Source of the DNA: Chthoniobacteraceae bacterium
Lineage (GTDB): Bacteria > Verrucomicrobiota > Verrucomicrobiia > Chthoniobacterales > Chthoniobacteraceae
NCBI GenBank assembly: GCA_037190965.1
Contig: JBBCKI010000044.1
Coordinates: 1-24,567 of the forward strand
Reading direction: 5' to 3'
Length of the DNA stretch: 24,567 nt
Shown: in pieces, positions 8,088 to 17,617 of the stretch
Layout: each line of letters starts with the position of its first letter
Position numbering within the stretch: the first letter of the stretch is position 1
Notes under the pieces: model-generated
Told to the model about the DNA's origin: nothing
The model's database searches: none
The model's input: only the letters and a program-made list of their open reading frames with translations
Position numbers and translations under genes: made by a program

Positions 8088-10622
8088 TTGAAAGCTCCAT
8101 TCCATCAGCCTCAACGAGGGGCTGCTCTGATTATCTGCCTGAGCCTGATCGTCGTGGTGTGCATTGTTCTGGTGGGTTTTGTCACCACCGCACGCACGGA
8201 GCGGCAGACAGCCAGCTCACATCTGGCGGCTCAGACGGCAGCGTTCTATGCCGGGATCAGCACCGATGTCGTGAGCGCCCGCCTTCTCAATGCCGTTACC
8301 GAAGGGAGCCAGCCGGATCACACATGGGCCTCCGGGCCGGGGCGCATTGCCGTGGTCGATCTTGCAGCCAGCTCGCCCGAAGAGCGCATCATCCTCCTCT
8401 ATTCCGGCGAAGTTGCCGCCGCTTCCGCCACGCCAAATCTCTCCGTCAATCTCAACCCCGCCTCGCTCACCCAAGGGGGCGGAATCGTCATGCACGACGT
8501 CGCCAACGTCTTGCCGCAACAGTGGATCTACGTGCGCAAGAACGGCACCCACGAGATTCCGGCCAGTGTGCCCGCTTACAACAAGAACAACCCGATTGTC
8601 GGGCGCTACGCTTTCTGGACGGATGACCTCACGGCACGCTTGAACTGGAACACCGCCTCCAGTCACGTTACTGCCGCCTCCCAGCCGTTGGGGCATCCGG
8701 CGCAGGTGGACCTGACGGCCATCGCCTCGCTCACCGATGACGATACCGCCGCCCTCCGCACCGAGCGCAATAGCGGGGGGCTTTTCAGCACGCCCGATGA
8801 TGTCAAGCGGATCGCCGCGACCGCTCCCTCCATCGCAACGGCAGCCCAGGATCGGGCCTTCGACTTTACGCACTTCAATCACGCCCCCTCGGGGAAAAAT
8901 ATCTTCGGCGATCCACGCCTGGCGCTGACGACCAAAGCGAGCCGCGTGGATGCGGGGGATGTCAACTTTTTCGATATCGTGACGAGCGCTAACGTGGACC
9001 CCGGGGTGCTTACAAATATCAACAACGGGAAGGTGCAGGCGCTTTTCCAGAAACTCTATACCCAGCTCTCCCGCACTGATTGGCCGCAGCAGAAGGGCGT
9101 GAGTTTCGTAACCAAGTACGGGGCACATAATACTGCGCAGATGATTCTGAACCTGATCGAATACGTGCGCAGTGCCGAATCAACAGATCTGATCGTTGAA
9201 CCTCTCCGGGGTGCTTTTAATGCGACTACGGGAGTGTTGACCCTCGGTGCTGATACGTCGCTTAATGCCCTTGTGGGAAATAGCCGCCGCCCGGTGATCA
9301 CCGAGGTGGGAGTGGTTGTCCCGCAGAACCCCGAGGTGGTCACCGTCACCATTGACGGGCAGCCGACGCAAAAGAAGGTCTATCACTGCCAAGTTTATGT
9401 AGAGATTCACTGGCCAGCCAATGCGGGGGGGAAGCTTGATCTGGTGAACGATTGCACTTTGTTGCTTGGCGCGATTGATAACATCGGAAAGACTGCCAGC
9501 GAAGGGATTATTCCGGCGGCCAGAGTGCAGGGAAGCCAGGTAATGAACCCCGGCGATTATCGCGTGGTCGCGTGGCCCATGGATGCGGATGCGGATGCGG
9601 CAGGAGAACCGCCTTCTCCGATGGATATCCGGGCAGTGATCAGCAAGCGAAAGCCTGGGACCACCTTGTCCGGGGCGCGTGTGGATATTGCGCCGCCGCC
9701 TACCCAAAAGGAAAATGTGATGAAATACATTCCGGCGCGAGGCGTGGCGGCGGCCAGCATCACCTCCATCTCCACCGATGATCCGTTCGTCAACCGCCAT
9801 CGTGACGACTGGAAGCAAGGGCCAAACACCTTTGGCGCGGCTAATACTTCTTCGAAAGGAGGGCCGACTTCCACGGTTCCCCCGCAGGACACCGATGCGT
9901 CGGGGAACATCGTGGGCATCAGCGTTCGGTTGCCGGAGCCGAATACAACGATCCAGTCACTGGGAGAACTCGGGAGGATTCATACCGGCATCCGCGGTAA
10001 GGTGGCTGGGGCTGGCACGCCTTGGAGAACGCTGCGTTTGCACCCCGACGCCACCCCCGACCAGCTTCCCGACTGGGCTTTGCTGGACCTCTTCCGGGTG
10101 CCGGGGGGCGGCGATACCAACGCGGCTATTTATCCGCTCAAGGATGCCACGGGACAAGTCATTGCCAAGGGCGGGCAGGTGAATCTGAATGCCGATCTCC
10201 AGCCGTTTGCAAGCAGCAGCGATCCCAAGCGGCTGACTCCATTGGTTGCCGTCTTCAAAGGCGCGCCGGATGGGAACGGCGGCGTGATTGGAACCACGGA
10301 CGCCGAAGCCCTTGCCGACAATATCCGGGCGGAAACGCTTTCCGGGCGGCGTTATGGTCCTGCCGGAACGTATCTTTACCCCGGCGAGGTCGTGGAGATC
10401 CGGGACGTTGCCAATGGCGAATCGCGCGAGGTTCTCGTGGGGCAGGTGATCGACCTGCTGACCACGCGGAGCAACACCTACGCGGTCTATTCCATCGGGC
10501 AGAGTGTCCTGCAATCCGTAGCGGGGAATATCAATGTATCAGCTGAAAAGCGGACGCTGACTATTCTGGAACTCAATCAAGGGGCAGCAAAGGTTATCTA
10601 TCAACAGGATCTTGGCTTGTGA
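8088..10622 (+). CDS. Verru_Chthon cassette protein A-like (large PilX/GspK-like minor pilin)
   Basis: TTG start; QRG|AALIICLSLIVVV leader lacking Glu5; WASGPG, QWIYV, GRYAFWTDDLTARLNWNTA, GQVNLNA and LTTRSNTYAVYSIGQ motifs. Confidence 0.82.
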   Translation: MKAPFHQPQRGAALIICLSLIVVVCIVLVGFVTTARTERQTASSHLAAQTAAFYAGISTDVVSARLLNAVTEGSQPDHTWASGPGRIAVVDLAASSPEERIILLYSGEVAAASATPNLSVNLNPASLTQGGGIVMHDVANVLPQQWIYVRKNGTHEIPASVPAYNKNNPIVGRYAFWTDDLTARLNWNTASSHVTAASQPLGHPAQVDLTAIASLTDDDTAALRTERNSGGLFSTPDDVKRIAATAPSIATAAQDRAFDFTHFNHAPSGKNIFGDPRLALTTKASRVDAGDVNFFDIVTSANVDPGVLTNINNGKVQALFQKLYTQLSRTDWPQQKGVSFVTKYGAHNTAQMILNLIEYVRSAESTDLIVEPLRGAFNATTGVLTLGADTSLNALVGNSRRPVITEVGVVVPQNPEVVTVTIDGQPTQKKVYHCQVYVEIHWPANAGGKLDLVNDCTLLLGAIDNIGKTASEGIIPAARVQGSQVMNPGDYRVVAWPMDADADAAGEPPSPMDIRAVISKRKPGTTLSGARVDIAPPPTQKENVMKYIPARGVAAASITSISTDDPFVNRHRDDWKQGPNTFGAANTSSKGGPTSTVPPQDTDASGNIVGISVRLPEPNTTIQSLGELGRIHTGIRGKVAGAGTPWRTLRLHPDATPDQLPDWALLDLFRVPGGGDTNAAIYPLKDATGQVIAKGGQVNLNADLQPFASSSDPKRLTPLVAVFKGAPDGNGGVIGTTDAEALADNIRAETLSGRRYGPAGTYLYPGEVVEIRDVANGESREVLVGQVIDLLTTRSNTYAVYSIGQSVLQSVAGNINVSAEKRTLTILELNQGAAKVIYQQDLGL

Positions 10623-11209
10623 ATACTCTTCGTCTGAAAAAAGCCTTCACGCTGATCGAGCTGTTGATGGTCATCGCGGTTCTCACGCTGTTGATCACCT
10701 TCGCGGCGGTGGGCATAGGGGATGGCGGGCGCTCCCAGCAGCTTACCGTTTCCGGGAATCGGGTAGCCGATCTGGTGAACCTCGCCCGCCATACCGCCAA
10801 GACCCGTAACTCCATGAGCATGTTGATCGTCGTGACCAAGGGCAATCAGGCCTATCGGGCGATGACCATCCTGGAGAAGCCGCTGGAGGGAAGTTCGTGG
10901 AAACAGGTCTCGCCGTGGGAGGTGTTGCCGGATGGGATTGGTGTCTTGGAAGGAAAAAGCGCCACCTTCCTGGCGCAACCGGTGGCGGCTCTCAGCCCCG
11001 CCCCGCCGTCTCTCTCCTTCAGGGGAGCCGCGCTGAATGCTGCCAACTATGCCTGGCAGGTCTTTCTGCCAAATGGGCGGCTCCTTAGCGATCAACCCTC
11101 GCCCCCGATCCTTTACCTCTCGCCGGTGGCGCAAGCGGGCAACGCTCCCAATTATTATAGTATTACCATCAACGCCAACACTGGCATCCCCATCATTCGA
11201 AGGCCATGA
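10619..11209 (+). CDS. Prepilin-type protein, Verru_Chthon cassette protein D-like (FimU/GspH-like)
   Basis: KKA|FTLIELLMVIAV; LTVSGNRVADLVNLARHTA; FLPNG; C-terminal NYYSITINANTG..RP; GTGA overlap with the upstream gene. Confidence 0.8.
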   Translation: MNTLRLKKAFTLIELLMVIAVLTLLITFAAVGIGDGGRSQQLTVSGNRVADLVNLARHTAKTRNSMSMLIVVTKGNQAYRAMTILEKPLEGSSWKQVSPWEVLPDGIGVLEGKSATFLAQPVAALSPAPPSLSFRGAALNAANYAWQVFLPNGRLLSDQPSPPILYLSPVAQAGNAPNYYSITINANTGIPIIRRP

Positions 11210-11625
11210 ACCAACGCTTTCTTCGTTCGGCCTCATCGGGCTTTTCGCTGGTCGAAATTACGCTCGCGCTCGGGATCGTCGCTTTCGTGCTGATCGCCGT
11301 GCTCGGGCTCTTTAGCGTGGGGCTGGATTCCAGCCGTCGTTCTGCCAGCGATACGGTGATCTCCCAGGTCGTCAACCAGGTGCTCTCGGATATCCGGACT
11401 CCGGCTCTGCCTGCTCCCGGCAGCGCTGCGCTGGAGTTCTACTACAACGAGAAGGGCGCTACCGTTCCCCAGCAAGAGGCTGTCTATAAAGTCTCTCTCT
11501 ACACTCAATCGCCCGGGGCGGTCCTCCCGGATACCGGATCACGTCTCTATCTGATCCGGCTCGATATTTCCTGGCCGGGAGGGAGCACCGTGGTGCATGC
11601 CTCGCGCTTGATCCCGTTGCCATAG
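11206..11625 (+). CDS. Prepilin-type protein, Verru_Chthon cassette protein B-like (PilV/GspI-like)
   Basis: SG|FSLVEITLALGIVAFVLIAVLGLFSVGL; YYNEKG; ISWP; 139 aa; ATGA overlap. Confidence 0.82.
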   Translation: MNQRFLRSASSGFSLVEITLALGIVAFVLIAVLGLFSVGLDSSRRSASDTVISQVVNQVLSDIRTPALPAPGSAALEFYYNEKGATVPQQEAVYKVSLYTQSPGAVLPDTGSRLYLIRLDISWPGGSTVVHASRLIPLP

Positions 11626-11638
11626 TGCGGCTTTCCAC

Positions 11639-12823
11639 ATGATCCTTACTTCTGAAGTTCGCCATCGGTCGGCGCAATCGTGGGAGAAGCTTCTCCCTTT
11701 CCTGAGCACCTCTCAAGTCCGGGCCTCCGCCTTTGCCGTGGGGGAATGGTTTGAGGAGGCTTGCCGTGCTACCGGGAATGCCGGGAAATGCTATCGCTCC
11801 GCTCTCTATCAGGAGGGCGAACCGGTCGGGTGGAGCCATCCCAATAGCAACACGACCGAGCTGATCACCGCGTGGCTCGATCTCTCGGAAATGGCCGGGA
11901 CGCCGTCCGAGCGGCAGCGTTACCTGGAGAACGCGATTCGCTATGCCCATCAGCTTCTGTCCGACCCCGTCCATGGCTTCTACCGGGGGGATGAGGTCTC
12001 GGCTCATGGTTTGGCCTGGTACTGGACCGACGATGGAACTTACACCGGTGGCTATTCGATGCGGGCGCTCGGCCCTTTGCTGCGGCTGAACGCGCTTGCG
12101 CCCGATTCACGGCTGATCGACGCCGCTCTCTCCATTGGTAATACGTTCCTCGGGCGGCAGTTGCCCAATGGCTTCGTGAGCGTGGTCGGCTGGTGTCCCC
12201 AGCGGGGGTGGCTCTCCGAGCGGAACGCCGGGAGTCGGTATCTCTATAGTGTAGCCGTCTTTGCGCACCTCTACCGTCTTACGGGGGACTCCCGGTACTC
12301 GGAGGCTTACGAGCGCTCGGTGCAGGCGATTGAAGCCACGCAGCGCGAGGACGGAGCCTTCTATCAACACTACGATCCGGTGACGCTGGAGCCGACGGAT
12401 CAATCGGTAAAGCCGCATTTCTTTTCCTACCTCCTGAACGCTTTCTCCGAAGCCTACCCGGTCTTCGGGGACGAGCGGTTGCTGGCGGTTTCCCGGCATT
12501 TGGGCGACTTTATTGTCCGTACCTACGCCGCGCGGCATCAGTTGCCCTATTGCCTGGATCCCGTTTACAAAGCCGATCTCTCCGGGGCGGGCAGCGCCGT
12601 TACCGACTCCGCGGCCGGAATGCTCTGGCTGGGTGCCGAGACGGGAGATGTCCGCTACCGCGACGTTGGCGCAAAGCTTTGGCTGGAGGGATACCTGCAT
12701 CAGCCTCGTGCCCCGGAAGCCCCGGGTTGGCATGGAGCGATCCCGATTGGCGATAAGCGGTGCGATCTCTGGTATGCCACGGCCCATGTGGTGGCATCCC
12801 GCCGCTTGCTTGACTTGATATGA
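11639..12823 (+). CDS. Cytoplasmic (alpha/alpha)6-barrel protein (six-hairpin glycosidase/epimerase-like)
   Basis: Repeated helix-hairpin motifs: RYLENA, DSRLIDAA...QLPNG, LYRLTGDSRY...QREDGAF, FGDERLL, ETGDVRY. No signal peptide. Confidence 0.6.
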   Translation: MILTSEVRHRSAQSWEKLLPFLSTSQVRASAFAVGEWFEEACRATGNAGKCYRSALYQEGEPVGWSHPNSNTTELITAWLDLSEMAGTPSERQRYLENAIRYAHQLLSDPVHGFYRGDEVSAHGLAWYWTDDGTYTGGYSMRALGPLLRLNALAPDSRLIDAALSIGNTFLGRQLPNGFVSVVGWCPQRGWLSERNAGSRYLYSVAVFAHLYRLTGDSRYSEAYERSVQAIEATQREDGAFYQHYDPVTLEPTDQSVKPHFFSYLLNAFSEAYPVFGDERLLAVSRHLGDFIVRTYAARHQLPYCLDPVYKADLSGAGSAVTDSAAGMLWLGAETGDVRYRDVGAKLWLEGYLHQPRAPEAPGWHGAIPIGDKRCDLWYATAHVVASRRLLDLI

Positions 12824-14565
12824 CGAACACTACTCTCGCGATAGAAGGGGACCAGTTCATCCGCAATGGCCTGCCTCACAGGATTTTCTCCGGAGCACTG
12901 CACTATTTCCGCGTTGTTCCCGAGTATTGGGAAGATCGCCTGCTGCGGATGAAGGCGTGCGGGCTCAATACGGTGGAGACTTATGTGGCCTGGAATCTGC
13001 ATGAACCTCGCCCCGGCGAGTTCGATTTCTCAGGGATTCTCGATCTGCGCCGCTTCCTCGCTTTGGCCCAGAGCCTCGGGTTTGACGTGATCTTCCGGCC
13101 GGGCCCGTATATCTGCGCGGAGTTCGATTTCGGAGGGCTTCCGCCGTGGTTGCTGGCGGAGCGTGATCTGCGGGTGCGTTCGCTCGATCCCCGCTATCTG
13201 GAGGCGGTCGAGCGTTTCTTCAAGCGCCTCTTCGAGGAGGTGGGCGACTGCCTGGCCCATCGCGGAGGGCCGATCGTAGCCGTGCAGGTGGAGAACGAAT
13301 ACGGCAGCTACGGAAATAATACCGAGTACGTCCGAAAGGTGGAGGATTGCGTCTTGCGCAATGGCGTCAAGGAGCTGCTCTTTACCTCCGACGGTCCCGA
13401 GCACTCGATGCTCCAGGGCGGTACGCTGACTCATGTTTTCAAAACCGTAAACTTTGGCTCTCAGGCTACCGAAGCCTTTAAGCGCTTGCGGGAATATCAG
13501 CCGGGACAGCCGGTGATGTGCATGGAGTTCTGGAACGGCTGGTTCGACCATTGGGGCAAGACGCACCATACCCGCTCGGCGGAAGATGCCGCGGCGGCTC
13601 TGGATGAGCTGCTCTCCGCAGGCGGTTCCGTGAATGTCTACATGATGCACGGCGGCACCAGCTTCGGCTACCTGAACGGCGCGAATCACGATGGCCGCTA
13701 TCATCCCACCGTGACTAGTTACGACTACGACGCGCCGATCTCCGAGCATGGCGGCTATACTCCCAAGTACCACGCCTTCCGCGAAGTGCTGGGGCGCCAC
13801 GGTGCCAGGATAGAGGTGCTCCCGCCGGAGCCCGTAACCGCCGCTTTCGGAAGCGCGAAAATCACCGGCAGCGTCCGTCTATTCGGCGACGCCCTGGAAG
13901 GGCAGATGCCGCGTGTCGAATCGTCCGAAATCCGCACGATGGAAGAGGTGGGCCAGAACTACGGCTTTATCCTTTACCGGACCCGGATCAGCGGGCCTCG
14001 CGAGGAGGTATCGCTCATCATCCAGGAAGTGCGCGACCGCGCGTGGATTTACGCCGGTGGCAAGCTCATCGGGGTGCAGGATCGGAATGATGCAACCCCT
14101 TCGGTACGGATCACGGTTCCGCCCGAGGGGGTGGTGCTGGAGATCCTCGTTGGGAACCTTGGCCGGGTAAATTACGGCGCGGAACTGCACGATCGCAAGG
14201 GCATCACGGAAGGCGTTCGCCTTGCCAACCAGTTCCTGAACGGCTGGGAGATCGTCTCCCTCGACTTTACCAAACTGCCGCGACTGGAGTGGCAAGGAGC
14301 TGGCGCACAAGACGTGCCGGGATTCCACCGGGCTGTTATCGAAATCGACACTCCTGCGGATACCTTTCTTAAAGTGACGGGTGGGCACGGCACCGCCTGG
14401 ATCAACGGATTCTGCCTTGGGCGCTATTGGGAGATCGGCCCCCAGCGGACGCTCTATATCCCGGCACCGCTGCTGAGGCAGGGAGAGAATGAGATCGTCC
14501 TGTTTGAGGTCGAGCCGGGCGTGATCCCTGCCGTAGATCTGGTGAGTCAACCGGTGCTGGGTTAA
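12820..14565 (+). CDS. Beta-galactosidase, GH35
   Basis: SGALHYFR, GLNTVETYVAWNLHEP, RPGPYICAE, QVENEYG (acid/base), CMEFWNGWFDHWG (nucleophile), TSYDYDAP, GRYW...GPQRTLY. No signal peptide. Confidence 0.96.
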   Translation: MTNTTLAIEGDQFIRNGLPHRIFSGALHYFRVVPEYWEDRLLRMKACGLNTVETYVAWNLHEPRPGEFDFSGILDLRRFLALAQSLGFDVIFRPGPYICAEFDFGGLPPWLLAERDLRVRSLDPRYLEAVERFFKRLFEEVGDCLAHRGGPIVAVQVENEYGSYGNNTEYVRKVEDCVLRNGVKELLFTSDGPEHSMLQGGTLTHVFKTVNFGSQATEAFKRLREYQPGQPVMCMEFWNGWFDHWGKTHHTRSAEDAAAALDELLSAGGSVNVYMMHGGTSFGYLNGANHDGRYHPTVTSYDYDAPISEHGGYTPKYHAFREVLGRHGARIEVLPPEPVTAAFGSAKITGSVRLFGDALEGQMPRVESSEIRTMEEVGQNYGFILYRTRISGPREEVSLIIQEVRDRAWIYAGGKLIGVQDRNDATPSVRITVPPEGVVLEILVGNLGRVNYGAELHDRKGITEGVRLANQFLNGWEIVSLDFTKLPRLEWQGAGAQDVPGFHRAVIEIDTPADTFLKVTGGHGTAWINGFCLGRYWEIGPQRTLYIPAPLLRQGENEIVLFEVEPGVIPAVDLVSQPVLG

Positions 14566-14590
14566 GCCCGAACGCAAGTCGTCAGAATAA

Positions 14591-14627
14591 GAAAAAGGCG
14601 CGGAGGTTAATCCTCTCGCGCCCTTTC
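14591..14627. terminator. Bidirectional intrinsic terminator between convergent GH35 and DUF4838 genes
   Basis: GAAAAAGGCGCGGAGG-TTAAT-CCTCTCGCGCCCTTTC: GC-rich stem with an A-run on the left and a T-run on the right. Confidence 0.7.
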
Positions 14628-14652
14628 TCGATTCCAACAAGTGAAGATCCGC

Positions 14653-16695
14653 TTACAGCCGGCTTGGTAGCTTGGCCTTGATCTCCATCTCCTTCGTTTT
14701 CTCACTCCATACGGCGTGAGTCTGGGTGATTGAATCGCGGAAGCGATCCAGCTCAAGCGCCTGTTTCCGGTATTGCTGCATCAACGCCGTTTTATCTTCG
14801 TTCTTGCGCATCTTGCGAATCCGGGTGCCCAGATCGATGAGGTCCCGCGTCAGGCGGGTATTCTCGAGGCCGTTCCGGAGGAACTCCACGCGGGCTTTTT
14901 CTGTATCCGTTTGAGCGGCTGTGCCGGCCTGGTCAAGGAGCGCAAACGCCGGTTGCAGCAAGGCATCCGGGTAGAGCAGGGGGAGGGCTTCATACGGAGC
15001 GGCAAAGTAGTTTCGCCCGATCTTGCGCTCTTCCTGAAGTTTCCGATATTTTCCGCCGCCCGGGCCGGAGCTAAACCCGGCAAGCGATGCATAGCCCAGA
15101 CGGCTCGATGCCTTCTGCCAGTAGTCAATGTATTCGCGGACCTTTGGCGCAGCGGCTCCAAAAGCGGAGGCGTACTCCTCAATAATGGCTTCGCGGGAGA
15201 GCTCCGGTTTCTCGATGAGTCGCGCGATCAGGTAGTGATTGAGCCCTTCGGCCGCCCAGTTGCCCAGGATGGAGTCGAGGTCAAAGCCTTTGAGGCCATC
15301 CTTGAGGGCATAGGCGAGGTAGCCATGTATCTCTTCCAGCGGGAGCAGCGGCGCAGTACCGGGGCTGAAGCCCCAGTTCGGGCGCAGGTAAAGCTCCGCT
15401 CCCGTTTTGCTCCAGCCTTTCCACGTGTCAAAGGAATCCCAGCTATCCACGAGCGCGATCTTGATCGGCCCGGCAAAACGGAAGCCTTCCTTTGGTGGAA
15501 AGCGGTAGGCCATGTAGGCATAAGAGAGCAGCGTGACATCCGGGTTGATCTTCCGGAGGCGCTTGGAAACCATGTTCCAGAAGCGGACGTAGCGCGAGGT
15601 CAGGTTAACCTCTGGCATCCCGTGCCAGATATCGACGAGCGACTGTCCGGCGGGATCGTCCCATGCCAGCGTCTTCGGGCTGATGTCGAAGCGCCCGTGG
15701 TCATTTGGGCAGACGTTGTAGAGCAGGGGAGCCCCGGCTTCCTCGTATTCCTTGGCAATCTGCTCGATCACGGCGGTGTTCGAAAGCTGCAGTTTCATCG
15801 TCTTGCCGTAGGAGGGAGCTTTCGGGTCGGGTTTGGAAACCCCGGGCGGCGGAGTGAGCGAAAAGTAGTCGGGGTGCGCTTCGCCATACTTGTTCCACCA
15901 ATCGATAAAAGCGTGGCCAAAGAGGAAATTGACCCGGCGGCCAACCTGATGGTTCATGGACCACTCCATCGCCTCGTTCTGGAGCTTCAGTAGGGTGGGA
16001 GGGCTGCTATCGGGGTAAGTGAAGGAGAGCCGCAGGTTCCGGATCTCCAGTTGAGGCCGCCCGGATATCTGGTTGACGGGGACCGCAAAATCCATCCGGC
16101 TCGGGATGTGGGTACCCAGTTCCCCCGGCCAAAGAAAGCGGACCCCCAGGTAGTCATCCAGCAGGCGATTGAGCGCCCAGCGTATCGGCTGTGAGGGGAT
16201 CTTTTGGGGACGCACGGGGGCGGCATTGTCGTCGCCTTGGACGTAGATCGCGTTCGGGCGCACACGAATGCGGTACTCTTCCGCTTCCAGCGGTTGATCC
16301 GGCATGGTCTCAGTTAACGCCTTGCAATTTCCAACGTAGATCGGAAGCGTGCCGGGCGCGATGGTGGCAGCCTCGGACTCCGCGATCAGCCCGATCTTCG
16401 CGCCGGTGGCCCCCTGCACAATCCGGATGAAGTTTTCACAGATTGCGCGAAGGTTATCCGATGCCCCCTCTGGGATTACCAGCACGCTCGTCGCTTTCCC
16501 TTCCGCCACCAGTAGGACCGCTGCGTCCTCACGATCCGCGAAAGTTGTGATCGGCAGAGTAGTTAGCACAGCAATCGAAAGAGAGAGGACTCCCAATATG
16601 CGGATCTGTTTTGCAAGAGGAGTCCGGGCAAACAGGCCGGGGCGGGTGCCTTTGAATCCTGAAGTGTCCGGGGGAGGTGCGGTGAAAGACGGCAT
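14653..16695 (-). CDS. DUF4838-like putative glycoside hydrolase, exported
   Basis: N-terminal hydrophobic segment; GH67/GH20-like N-domain (EEYRIRV...IYVQG...LGVRFLWPG); GHAF, HPDYF, VCPNDH, YAYMAYRFPP, NHYLIARL motifs. Confidence 0.72.
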   Translation of the reverse strand: MPSFTAPPPDTSGFKGTRPGLFARTPLAKQIRILGVLSLSIAVLTTLPITTFADREDAAVLLVAEGKATSVLVIPEGASDNLRAICENFIRIVQGATGAKIGLIAESEAATIAPGTLPIYVGNCKALTETMPDQPLEAEEYRIRVRPNAIYVQGDDNAAPVRPQKIPSQPIRWALNRLLDDYLGVRFLWPGELGTHIPSRMDFAVPVNQISGRPQLEIRNLRLSFTYPDSSPPTLLKLQNEAMEWSMNHQVGRRVNFLFGHAFIDWWNKYGEAHPDYFSLTPPPGVSKPDPKAPSYGKTMKLQLSNTAVIEQIAKEYEEAGAPLLYNVCPNDHGRFDISPKTLAWDDPAGQSLVDIWHGMPEVNLTSRYVRFWNMVSKRLRKINPDVTLLSYAYMAYRFPPKEGFRFAGPIKIALVDSWDSFDTWKGWSKTGAELYLRPNWGFSPGTAPLLPLEEIHGYLAYALKDGLKGFDLDSILGNWAAEGLNHYLIARLIEKPELSREAIIEEYASAFGAAAPKVREYIDYWQKASSRLGYASLAGFSSGPGGGKYRKLQEERKIGRNYFAAPYEALPLLYPDALLQPAFALLDQAGTAAQTDTEKARVEFLRNGLENTRLTRDLIDLGTRIRKMRKNEDKTALMQQYRKQALELDRFRDSITQTHAVWSEKTKEMEIKAKLPSRL

Positions 16696-16720
16696 AGATA
16701 AGTGTAAAAAGACTTCGGAA

Positions 16721-16735
16721 ATTCAATAAATGCAA
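16721..16735. promoter_or_regulatory. Palindromic operator candidate ATTCA-ATAAA-TGCAA upstream of DUF4838 gene
   Basis: Reverse complement of 16719-16741 (AAAATGTTGCATTTATTGAATTT) nearly duplicates 2834-2858 (AAAATGATTGCATTTATTGCAATTT). Confidence 0.65.
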
Positions 16736-16852
16736 CATTTTATTCAAGATTTGGATGGCTGTCATTCCCGTGGGTTAGGGATTTATAGGGACGTTTCCAT
16801 TTGATTTCTCGGGGTTCTGGCGATAATCTGCCGTTCAGTCCTGTGATTTTTA

Positions 16853-16867
16853 TTTCAATATATGAAT
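16853..16867. promoter_or_regulatory. Palindromic operator candidate TTTCA-ATATA-TGAAT
   Basis: Same consensus; 21 bp upstream of the ATG at 16889. Confidence 0.62.
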
Positions 16868-16888
16868 TTTAAAGAAGCCCCTGGAACG

Positions 16889-17617
16889 ATGAATATCAAG
16901 ATATCCAGCCTGATGATGGGTTCGCTCGCCCTTCTTTTGGGTTCCACCTGTGGTTGGGCATCGGAGCCTCTGCAACTCACTCCCGGCGCGGACCCGGCAG
17001 AGCACTTCCGGTTAAGTTCGAGCACCGGAAAGCTCGAGATTGCGGGAGATCAGACGGGGGCGCGTCTGGTTTTTGCTCCTCAACCCGACTCGGCGGGCAA
17101 CTCGACCCTGTTGGCCATCATCGCCCCGCAGAAGCGCTTCCTCCGGAGTACCGCCGAGAAAATGTCGCTGGAGTTCCGGATTTCGGCGGAGGGCTCGTTC
17201 GGGATTCAATGGCGTGCCGAGCAACCTCAATCCTCCGGTTATCTGCTCCTGTTTAATCAGTGGCCGAATGATCGGGGGACAGTCAGGCTGTTTCGCACCC
17301 GGATGTTGCCGCCTTCAGGCTCCATGGGGGACGATGTGATCGGCAAAAAGGATTTCCCGCGTTTCAATGGCAAGGAGTGGCATCGTCTTGAGATTACCAC
17401 CGCCACGGTTTCCGATGGCGTTGAAGTGATCGCGCGGCTCTCCGAGGTTGAGGGAGGGCGCGAGGTTGTCCTCCTGAAGCTTTCGGATCGCGAGTATCCG
17501 CTGGAGATGTCGGGTTTGATCGCAATGCGGTTCTTCATGCAGGCCGATGCTGAAGGGGGAATCGCTGGCCGGATGATCGAGGTGCGTGGTTTCACCGTTG
17601 AGCCGGAGATGAACTAA
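16889..17617 (+). CDS. Secreted protein, probable concanavalin A-like/lectin beta-sandwich
   Basis: Signal peptide MNIKISSLMMGSLALLLGSTCGWA; beta-rich with SFGIQWR, GYLL, EWHRLEI, SGLIAMR. Start moved from 16862 because the upstream ATG lies inside the operator motif and the signal peptide begins at 16889. Confidence 0.6.
   Translation: MNIKISSLMMGSLALLLGSTCGWASEPLQLTPGADPAEHFRLSSSTGKLEIAGDQTGARLVFAPQPDSAGNSTLLAIIAPQKRFLRSTAEKMSLEFRISAEGSFGIQWRAEQPQSSGYLLLFNQWPNDRGTVRLFRTRMLPPSGSMGDDVIGKKDFPRFNGKEWHRLEITTATVSDGVEVIARLSEVEGGREVVLLKLSDREYPLEMSGLIAMRFFMQADAEGGIAGRMIEVRGFTVEPEMN

Noticed and set aside
9581..9598. (GGATGC)x3 microsatellite in cassette protein A
   Set aside because: Only three in-frame units encoding DADADA; slippage would not shift the frame.
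14773..15993. 406-aa plus-strand ORF and other long antisense ORFs (8217-9128, 5407-6153, 13030-13800, 13879-14640)
   Set aside because: They lie antisense to well-supported genes, have no motifs, and are expected shadows of GC-rich codon usage.
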